A stretch of 50,198 nucleotides of DNA, taken from positions 1 to 50,198 of the forward strand of contig DASSFG010000305.1 of assembly GCA_035694685.1 (NCBI GenBank), given 5' to 3'. The position numbers and the translations under genes were made by a program. Of the stretch, positions 42,365 to 49,632 are shown piece by piece. Source of the stretch: Pirellulales bacterium. GTDB taxonomy: Bacteria > Planctomycetota > Planctomycetia > Pirellulales > JAICIG01. Positions within the stretch are counted from its first letter, which is position 1. Each line of letters opens with the position of its first letter. Below the pieces are notes generated by a model. That model was given only the letters and a program-made list of their open reading frames with translations, was not told the origin of the DNA and did no database searches.

Positions 42365-44116
42365 GTGAGAAATTTGAGCCAACGCTACACAACCATCATC
42401 GGCCTGGAAGTCCACGTGCAACTGCTGACGCAGACCAAGCTGTTCTGCGGGTGCAGTACCAGGTTCGGCGCACCGCCGAATACGCAAACATGCCCGATCT
42501 GTACGGGCATGCCCGGCACACTGCCGGTGATGAACCGCCGCGCGTTTGAACTCGCGCTGCGCACGGCGGTGGCCCTCAATTGCCAGATTGCCACGTACAC
42601 CAAGTGGGACCGCAAGCAGTACTATTACCCCGACCTGCCCAAGGGTTATCAGATCAGCCAGTATGATCTGCCGTTCAGCTCTGACGGCTACCTCGAAATC
42701 AGCGACGCTAAGGGCCGCTTCGAGGCCAAACGCGTTGGGATCATCCGCGCACATCTTGAAGAAGACGCCGGCAAGAGCATGCACGACGAGAAGGCCGGCG
42801 CCGCCGATAGCAAGATCGACCTCAACCGGGCCGGTACGCCGCTGTTGGAAATCGTGTCGCAGCCCGACATGCGCTCGCCGGCAGAGGCCGCCGCCTATCT
42901 CGATGAGCTGAAGCTTTTGCTCACCTACCTGGGCGTGAGCGATTGCAACATGCAAGAGGGCAGTTTGCGGGTCGATGCCAACGTAAACCTCCACGTCGAC
43001 CAGCCCGACGGTCACCGCATTCCCACGCCGATCGTCGAGATCAAGAACATGAACAGCTTCCGCGCGGTTGAACGGGCCTTGGCCTACGAGGCCGGGCGGC
43101 AGTACGAAGCGTTTCAGCAGACCGGCCAACGGCTTGGGCAAGTGCCGAAGCAGACCCGCGGTTGGGATGACGTGGAGAGCGTCACGCGTGCCCAGCGGCA
43201 CAAGGAAGAATCGAGCGACTACCGCTATTTTCCCGACCCCGACCTGGTGCCGGTGACCGTGACGGACGAGCAGATTCAATCGGTGCACGAGGGGCTGGGC
43301 GAACTGCCCGCCGACCTGCGTCATCGGCTGGAACTAACCTACAACCTGACTCCCTACGACAGCGACGTGATCGTGAACAAGGGACGTTCTCTGGTTGATT
43401 ATTATCTTCAAGTGGCCGAGTTGTGCGGCGACGGCAAAATAGCCAGCAATTGGGTTACGCAGGACGTGCTCCGCGAGTTGAAAGACCGCAAACTGACGAT
43501 CGAAGAATTTCCGTTGCCTCCCACGGCATTGGCCGATCTGTTGAAAAAGGTGAAGGCCGAGGAGCTCGACACGACTCGCGGCCGCGAGGTGTTTCTGGCG
43601 ATGCTCGATGGCGGCAAATCGGCCGCCGCGGTGATGGCCGAGTTGGGCATCGAAAAAGTCGACGAATCGGCGCTCATCGAGCTTTGCAATGACGTAGTGA
43701 CGTCCAATCGAAAGCTAGTCGATGACATCCGCGGCGGAAAGCCGCAGGCCGCAGGCGCCTTCGTCGGCCACGCCAAGAAAAAGAACCCCAATGTGAATCC
43801 AGCGCGCGTCAGAGAGATTTGCGTACAAGAAACGTACACTTTGATCGCCACTTGGTTTGGCGACGTTGAAGGGCCTTCGGGAATGCCAGTGCCTTGGTGT
43901 CGGTATTTGATTGTAGCGAGCGGTGCCGCGACAGAAGGCACCGGGGTTGCGTCCATCTTGGGTATGACGGAAGACGCTGTTCCCGCCATCGAAAAGGTGA
44001 GGGTTCAATCTGGCGGCGCTCGCGCGGCAATCGCCTCTGCAATAAGCCACGTTGACGAACGCCATCCTGGCCTAAAAAAGCAGGCTGATGCGCCGCGAAA
44101 AGTTGGAGAGTCGTAA
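42365..44116 (+). CDS. gatB: Glutamyl/aspartyl-tRNA amidotransferase subunit B with an atypical ~94-residue C-terminal tail
   Basis: GTG 42365 (or TTG 42374) precedes YTTIIGLEVHVQLLTQTKLFCGCS. The GatB core runs through ...GHAKKKNPNVNPARVREICVQE, but the ORF continues to 44116. The upstream part of ORF 42299.. is a translation of repeat B. Confidence 0.9.
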   Translation: MRNLSQRYTTIIGLEVHVQLLTQTKLFCGCSTRFGAPPNTQTCPICTGMPGTLPVMNRRAFELALRTAVALNCQIATYTKWDRKQYYYPDLPKGYQISQYDLPFSSDGYLEISDAKGRFEAKRVGIIRAHLEEDAGKSMHDEKAGAADSKIDLNRAGTPLLEIVSQPDMRSPAEAAAYLDELKLLLTYLGVSDCNMQEGSLRVDANVNLHVDQPDGHRIPTPIVEIKNMNSFRAVERALAYEAGRQYEAFQQTGQRLGQVPKQTRGWDDVESVTRAQRHKEESSDYRYFPDPDLVPVTVTDEQIQSVHEGLGELPADLRHRLELTYNLTPYDSDVIVNKGRSLVDYYLQVAELCGDGKIASNWVTQDVLRELKDRKLTIEEFPLPPTALADLLKKVKAEELDTTRGREVFLAMLDGGKSAAAVMAELGIEKVDESALIELCNDVVTSNRKLVDDIRGGKPQAAGAFVGHAKKKNPNVNPARVREICVQETYTLIATWFGDVEGPSGMPVPWCRYLIVASGAATEGTGVASILGMTEDAVPAIEKVRVQSGGARAAIASAISHVDERHPGLKKQADAPRKVGES

Positions 44117-44150
44117 TCACAAATCTCACCACGGCCGCCGCACAAGATTA

Positions 44151-44409
44151 ATGCCAGTCGTTTCACAGTTTTACGACATCAGCATCCGGATGTTCTACAA
44201 CGATCATGCACCGCCGCACTTCCACGCCGTGTCGCGGCGACGAATTGTTCGTCGGTATCTCGCCGATTACAATAATGAAGGGCCACGCTCCGAGTCGCGT
44301 GCGCTCCATGGTGCTGGAATGGGCGGCTTTGCACCAGCAAGAGTTGATAGAGAACTGAGACCGGATGCGGCATGGCGATGCGCCAGAGCCGATTCCACCG
44401 CTTGATTAG
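44151..44409 (+). pseudogene. DUF4160-family gene inactivated by a frameshift and a TGA nonsense codon
   Basis: Frame 0 reads MPVVSQFYDISIRMFYNDHAPPHFHAV. The family-like sequence continues in the +1 frame from about 44230: (C)RGDELFVGISPITIMKGHAPSRVRSMVLEWAALHQQELIEN*DRMRHGDAPEPIPPLD. An in-frame TGA at 44356-44358 sits where a Trp (ENW) is expected. Confidence 0.8.
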
Positions 44410-44427
44410 TTCAGGGATGTGTTCTAC

Positions 44428-44730
44428 ATGTTTCCCACGATTCAACGCGTCAGCGTCCGGCCCGATCGGCAACTCCTGCTGCAGTACGCAGATGGCGAAG
44501 AGGTTCTCATCGATTTTCGCCCGGTGACCGAGCGTGGCGGCGTTTTTACCTCGCTGGCGGAGCCAGAATTCTTTGCTCAGGTCAGAATCGGCGATGGGGG
44601 GCGATACATCGAGTGGCCGGGCAACCTCGACTTTTGCGCAGACGCTCTTTGGCAAGAAGGCCGTCATCGCCGCACGGCCGTGGAAGAACCAATCTCTCAA
44701 AGGCATACCGCAGATTGCGACGTGCCGTGA
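44428..44730 (+). CDS. DUF2442-family protein (usual partner of DUF4160)
   Basis: 100 aa. IQRVSVRPDRQLLLQYADGEEVLIDFRPVTERGGVFTSLAEPEFFAQVRIGDGGRYIEWPGNLDFCADALW follows the DUF2442 pattern (v.....y.L.v.F.dG....vD......G.vF..L.d...F..v........i.WP...D..pe.L). Confidence 0.75.
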   Translation: MFPTIQRVSVRPDRQLLLQYADGEEVLIDFRPVTERGGVFTSLAEPEFFAQVRIGDGGRYIEWPGNLDFCADALWQEGRHRRTAVEEPISQRHTADCDVP

Positions 44731-44760
44731 GATTGTTCCCCTTGACGAGGTGCCGTCGGT

Positions 44761-46569
44761 TTAGACTTCGTTCGTGCCTTCCGTGGCGTCGTCGGTGCCG
44801 TTAACGTCGATTGGGGCGGCATTGGCTTCAATACTGGGCACCGTTCCGGGCAAAATCGCTGCAATGTGATCGAGCGCCTTAACAACGTCGAAGTGGATTT
44901 CATCAGGCGTGGCGATGTCAGCGAGCATGTAAAGGTCGCGCTTTGGCAGCGGAAACTGAGTCTTGCCAAGCAAATGGACGAGAAAGTCGCTGGCCTTAAG
45001 ATCCCTGAGCGCCGGAATGTCCTTGAGAAAGTCGATGCCGGCGGGAAAGTTAGCGGCGAACTCGTCGTCGACAAGCTGCTCGTCGGGCTGAGCGAACAAG
45101 GCACCCTCCGCGTGTCGGCTTTGCAGATACCGTTTGATGAGTGTTGGCATGAGCAGATAGTTCTCGATCTCGTACCTCCCCCAGAGGAACATCGCCAGCC
45201 CGGCCGGCGCCGACCACTCCCTGACCTGATCGGCCGCATCGCGATCGACAATCGCCAAACCGCGGATTTGTTCCTGAGCTAACCGCAAGCACTGGAAGTG
45301 CTTCTTGGCTTCGTCGAAGTTGCCCTTGCCGTGCAGCGGAACTACGTACGGAAAACGAAGAAAATCGGCCGCTCGATGTTTCAGGACGTTTGCCCAACTG
45401 TGCAGTAGCTTGTAGTCAGACTCGTCTTCGACATAGAGCACCGCGCGAACGTGGTCTGCCTGAAGCAGGTCAAGCGCGGTCAGACGTCGCAATGCTTCTT
45501 GCACTCGCTGCTTATCTTCTGGCCGTAACAAACGCCGTGGCGACTGGCCAATGAACGAGATGATTTGCTCCGGCTCCTCGCCACTTAACAGCACCTCTGC
45601 GTGAGTCGCCACGATCAACTTGCAACTGCGGCGGTGAGCGACCAGCCGCAGGTGATCGAAGATTTCACGCTGCAAGATGAAATGCAGGTGCGCGTCAGGC
45701 TCGTCAAGCAACAATACCGCCGCCCGACGAGCATGAAAGAATGCCAGCAGCAACAACACCTGGTGAAAACCGCTGCCGGCATTGGCAATGTCCAGCTTCG
45801 GCGGTCGTGAGCTCCGGTCGGCCGGATTCGGCTTGGGGCGGTATTCACAAACGACATAGGGTCGTGCGTCGGAGAACTCCGGCGGGAGCAGTTCACATTG
45901 AAATAACCGCTCAATGTCGCCTTGGAGTTCTTTCCAAGGCGGATTTCCGGGTTTCTTCTCGGACGCCTCCCAGATCTCAAGTAGTAGATTGCGAACGATT
46001 TCGCCCGGCTTCCCCTCGCCGACCAGTTTATGCTGGATGCCAGGGGCGTGACGCGGTTCCTGGGTGCCGATGCCCGAAAATGCGGGCACGTGCACGACGT
46101 TCAGGTCTTGAGCAAATTCCGGTAGCTCATCGATGGGCTGGGGATCATCGGGTGCCATGACGGGCCGGACGTACACCATCTTTTCATTTGCATACATGAA
46201 CTCAATGGTCAGCGATTCTTCGACCCGTCGCCCAACTGCGGAGGTCACTTGGATGTAAATCGGCGCGGATGTCGGCTGTTTCTTGCCGGGGACTTTCCTT
46301 GCGGTATGGCGATTCAGCCAGAGCAGGTTCATTTCTCGCAGCGGCAGAGCGGTGAATTCGTCAAGCACAACGCTGATGCGTCTTTTTCCACCGCTTTTTC
46401 CCCGTTCAGCCAGCCAACGTTTTAGAGCGAGGTGCCAGGCTGCAATCGCGTGCAGCAACGTGGTCTTGCCGGAGTTGTTGGGCCCAGCCAGCAAAATCGA
46501 AGTACCGGTGAGATCGAAGACCTGATCGGCAAATCGCTTAAATCGAACCACGCGGACCCGCGTTATCAC
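44761..46569 (-). CDS. ABC-type (AAA_21/AAA_15-like) ATPase fused to a Toprim/DUF4435-like nuclease domain (OLD-family / fused PARIS AriA-AriB-like)
   Basis: GTG 46569 has a GGAG 7 nt upstream. It carries Walker A GPNNSGKTT (res 29-37), signature-like AGSGFHQ (264-270), Walker B VLLLDEPD (285-292) and ATHAE (321-325). The Toprim-like motifs are LYVEDESDY (378-386), IVDRDA (440-445) and YEIENYLL (466-473). The 145 codons upstream within ORF 44761..47004 are judged non-coding. Confidence 0.75.
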   Translation of the reverse strand: MITRVRVVRFKRFADQVFDLTGTSILLAGPNNSGKTTLLHAIAAWHLALKRWLAERGKSGGKRRISVVLDEFTALPLREMNLLWLNRHTARKVPGKKQPTSAPIYIQVTSAVGRRVEESLTIEFMYANEKMVYVRPVMAPDDPQPIDELPEFAQDLNVVHVPAFSGIGTQEPRHAPGIQHKLVGEGKPGEIVRNLLLEIWEASEKKPGNPPWKELQGDIERLFQCELLPPEFSDARPYVVCEYRPKPNPADRSSRPPKLDIANAGSGFHQVLLLLAFFHARRAAVLLLDEPDAHLHFILQREIFDHLRLVAHRRSCKLIVATHAEVLLSGEEPEQIISFIGQSPRRLLRPEDKQRVQEALRRLTALDLLQADHVRAVLYVEDESDYKLLHSWANVLKHRAADFLRFPYVVPLHGKGNFDEAKKHFQCLRLAQEQIRGLAIVDRDAADQVREWSAPAGLAMFLWGRYEIENYLLMPTLIKRYLQSRHAEGALFAQPDEQLVDDEFAANFPAGIDFLKDIPALRDLKASDFLVHLLGKTQFPLPKRDLYMLADIATPDEIHFDVVKALDHIAAILPGTVPSIEANAAPIDVNGTDDATEGTNEV

Positions 46570-47456
46570 GTGAAAACTCCAAAAAATGGCCGGACCTGAT
46601 GTCGTTCGGTTTGCGCAGGCAGCAGCATGCGATGCTGTCGGCAAACCTGATTTTGTAGAATAGCAGAAAGGCACTAGCCCGTAAGCTGTTAGAGCTAAAG
46701 GATGGCCCTTCCGCAAAGCTCGCCGATAGCGTAGCTGGCTAGTCTTCGGATTATTACCGGTCGGAGCGAAGTTTTTTTGGCCAGCCGTGAACCTTTTGCC
46801 GCCACCTGCGTCGATTACAGTATCTACCGGGTTCATGACCCGGCCGAGGATACTGTTTTTTGGCCAGTCGCGCTTGACGCCAGCCGCCCGGCGTGACAGG
46901 CTTAGCTTTATGGGACGGGCGAAATTGGGTTCGCCCGCCACAGGAAACTTCTCTCCTATCGCGCCATAGCGCAAGAAGGTTGCCATGCGTACCATCCTCC
47001 GCACCTTTACCCGTCAGATTGTGGCTGGCCTCCGCCAGAACCGCCTGGGCGTGGTGGGTACGGTCGAGGTGCGCGGAGATAACTCCTTGCGCATGCGCGA
47101 CTTCTATCAACACGCCCTGCACGCCACGGGCAGGCTGATAACGGCCATCGAACGCCGTTTACAGCCGGCCCTGGCCCTGGCGCTGACAGCCGACCAGGCG
47201 AGTTCAAGCTCGCCCGCCGCACCAGCGCCGCGGTGCTGGCAGCCCAAACCGGCTGCCCAGCAACCTTCCGACAGACGGAGCTAAGCCTCGCCTCCGGGCG
47301 AACGTTCAGCACTGATCTTAGCGAAGGAAGCCGCAGCCGCCGGGCTCGCCGCGGAAAGATCCCCTACAGGCGTCTTTCTGCACCGACCGTAGCGCGAGCG
47401 TTTTTTCACGCGTGTTTCTATTGGCCGAAGTGTGTACGGCCGCAAAGGAGAGACCT

Positions 47457-48035
47457 ATGACCGCCCTGACTGAAGAACTGACGAACGAGAAGCTGGAGCT
47501 GGTGGCCCGGGTGCGCGCCGCCCAGGCGGGCGACCGGAACGCCTTCGGCGAGCTGGCCGAGCAGTTTGAGGGGGCCGTGTTTGCCACGGCCTTGCGCCGG
47601 CTGCGCGACCGAGGCGAGGCCCAAGAGCTGGTGCAGGAGGTGTTCGTGCAGGCGCTGCGCAAGATCGGCCAGCTCCGCGAGCCGGAGTGCTTCGGCGGCT
47701 GGCTGCGGGCCATCACCAACCGGTTGGCCATCAACCGGCAGGTGCGACGCGGCCCGGTGATCACGGCCGAGCGTGAAACGCTCGAGGCCGTCTGCCACGA
47801 CGCCGAAACGCCGCTGGGCAACGTGCTGGCGGCCGAACGCCGGCGTCAGGTGCGGGCCGGTCTGCGCCGGTTGGGCACGCTTGACCGCCAGACGCTGGTG
47901 GCCTTCTACGTGAAGGGCCAGTCGCTCATTGAGATGAGCACGGCGTTCCACTCGCCCGTGGGAACCATCAAGCGTCGGCTCCACGTGGCGCGTAAGCGTC
48001 TGGCGCGGGAGCTCGAGGAGCTGGCCCCGGCGTAG
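47457..48035 (+). CDS. ECF-type RNA polymerase sigma-70 family factor
   Basis: AAGGAGAG precedes the ATG at 47457. Region 2 is FGELAEQFEGAVFATALRRLRDRGEAQELVQEVFVQALRKI...FGGWLRAITNRLAIN. Region 4 is LDRQTLVAFYVKGQSLIEMSTAFHSPVGTIKRRLHVARKRL. Confidence 0.9.
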   Translation: MTALTEELTNEKLELVARVRAAQAGDRNAFGELAEQFEGAVFATALRRLRDRGEAQELVQEVFVQALRKIGQLREPECFGGWLRAITNRLAINRQVRRGPVITAERETLEAVCHDAETPLGNVLAAERRRQVRAGLRRLGTLDRQTLVAFYVKGQSLIEMSTAFHSPVGTIKRRLHVARKRLARELEELAPA

Positions 48036-48083
48036 GAGGTCTGATTTGCCCGGCCGGATCGCAGGTGATCCGGCCGGGCCTGG

Positions 48084-48431
48084 CTACTGGCGGAGTTGGG
48101 CGAGCGCGGCGGCGCGATCGGGATAGACTTGCCAGATCATGTCCAGCTTGCTGGCCCGCAACACGTCGCCACAGACCTCGTTCACCTGGCATAACGCCAG
48201 TTCGCCGTGACGGTCGCGCAAGCGCTTCCACGCCCGAATGAGCAGCCCGAGAAAATTCGAGCCGATAAACGTGGTGAGGTGCATGTCGAGCAGCACTTTG
48301 GGCGGCTCGGCTTTGGCCACCGCCGACAAAAGCTGGTCGCCAAATTCGTTGAGCTTCGCCACGTCGAGCGAATCGTATTGGGCGTCGACCTCGACGACCG
48401 TGATGCCCTCTTGATGGTACACCTTGGCCAT
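48084..48431 (-). CDS. STAS-domain anti-sigma-factor antagonist (SpoIIAA/RsbV-like)
   Basis: 115 aa. VLLDMHLTTFIGSNFLGLLIRAWKRL is the STAS core, with a Ser in the usual phospho-acceptor position (FIGSNFLG). Confidence 0.8.
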   Translation of the reverse strand: MAKVYHQEGITVVEVDAQYDSLDVAKLNEFGDQLLSAVAKAEPPKVLLDMHLTTFIGSNFLGLLIRAWKRLRDRHGELALCQVNEVCGDVLRASKLDMIWQVYPDRAAALAQLRQ

Positions 48432-48482
48432 GTCAAATAAAACTTCAGCGGTTGGTGGTTAAAATACACACAGGGCGTGCGT

Positions 48483-48592
48483 GTAGGTCAGGCTTTCTAG
48501 CCTGACGGAAGTTCGGCTGGAAAGCATGAGCCATGCTGATTTCCGTCAGGCTAAAAGCCTAACCTACCTTGCCGTCAGACCAAAAGCCTGAC
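48483..48592. repeat. Palindromic repeat family D (GTAGGTCAGGCTTT.TAGCCTGAC) between the REC-kinase and STAS genes
   Basis: GTAGGTCAGGCTTTCTAGCCTGACGGAA (48483-48510) is mirrored by TTCCGTCAGGCTAAAAGCCTAACCTAC (48541-48567). A third partial unit GTCAGACCAAAAGCCTGAC lies at 48574-48592. Confidence 0.9.
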
Positions 48593-49480
48593 CTAAGCCT
48601 CCCGTCGCTTAGTCATCGTAATCTCATTGCCCCGTTCGTTGTGTTGCACTTCGTCCATGAAGGCCCGGATGAGCATCAAGCCGCGGCCTGATGCCTTCTC
48701 CAGATTGGCCGGATCAGTTGGGTCGGGCACGGCATGGGGGTTGAAGCCCGGCCCTGAGTCGCGCACGACGAAGGTCATCTCCCGAACCCCCAGATTGGCC
48801 TCGAAGTGGATGGTGCGGTTGCGATACGGTTCTTCGCGGCGGCGCTCATCGGCCAATGCGTAGTACTTGCGCGTGTCTTGCTCGCGCAAGTCGGAACTGA
48901 CTTCCAGGTTGCCATGATAGAGCGCGTTGAGCAGCGATTCTTCCAAGGCGATGGCCATGCGAATACGGCCTGTTTCGTCGCAGAGCTTGAGCCGCGAGAT
49001 ATGCTGCTGCACGTGATCGACAATGGCAGGGATCAAGCTGGGATCATTGTCGAGCACGAAGGTCGAATGATGGCGCGTCACGCACTCCATCATCCGCGCA
49101 TGGTGCCGCTGCGCTCGGGCGGTGGCCAGCACGTTGTCGACCGTGTTGGCCAGGTCGCGAGCCAAGCGCGATTTGGGCACGTAACTGGCCGCTCCCGATG
49201 CCAGCGCCTGCACGGCGATTTCTTCGCTGCCCTGGGCCGTCATCAGGATGACTGGGATCAGTGGATACTTCTCGCGCACCTGGCGCACCAGTTCCAGGCC
49301 GCTCATGACCGGCATCTGCAGATCGGTCAGTACCATGTCGGGCGGCGAAATCTTGATTTGCTTTAAGGCATCGGCGCCGTCCACGGCGTAGAGAAAGGCC
49401 AGCTCCGGGTTCTTCTCGAGCACGCCTTGCGCCAGCCGCCGATCGACGGCGGAATCGTCAACAATCAATACGGTTGCCAT
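48593..49480 (-). CDS. Response-regulator receiver domain fused to an RsbW/SpoIIAB-like HATPase_c serine kinase (anti-sigma-type)
   Basis: The REC domain reads VLIVDDSAVDRRL...DMVLTDLQMPVMSGLEL...PVILMTAQG. The C-terminal domain has the N-box EESLLNALYHGN, the G-box RDSGPGFNP and GRGLMLIRAFMDEV. Confidence 0.85.
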   Translation of the reverse strand: MATVLIVDDSAVDRRLAQGVLEKNPELAFLYAVDGADALKQIKISPPDMVLTDLQMPVMSGLELVRQVREKYPLIPVILMTAQGSEEIAVQALASGAASYVPKSRLARDLANTVDNVLATARAQRHHARMMECVTRHHSTFVLDNDPSLIPAIVDHVQQHISRLKLCDETGRIRMAIALEESLLNALYHGNLEVSSDLREQDTRKYYALADERRREEPYRNRTIHFEANLGVREMTFVVRDSGPGFNPHAVPDPTDPANLEKASGRGLMLIRAFMDEVQHNERGNEITMTKRREA

Positions 49481-49632
49481 GTTGTCGCCGCCTGAAGAAG
49501 AAGTGTCCGCCTGCCACCGGCATTGTCGTCGCCGCCGCTTATTCTAGCACCCCCCCTTGCGGAAGCAATGTACCAGGCTGTTTAAATTTCTCGGCGTGCG
49601 GCGGCGCTCGATCGCGGCGGGCCCAAGGCAGA

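Noticed and set aside
42302-43324. 340-aa minus-strand ORF
   Set aside because: It is antisense to the conserved GatB core.
46570-47004. 145-codon N-terminal extension of ORF 44761..47004
   Set aside because: ABC/OLD-type ATPases start with the beta-strand immediately preceding Walker A (here VITRVRVVRFKRF). GTG 46569 has a GGAG 7 nt upstream. The extension has no protein-like features.
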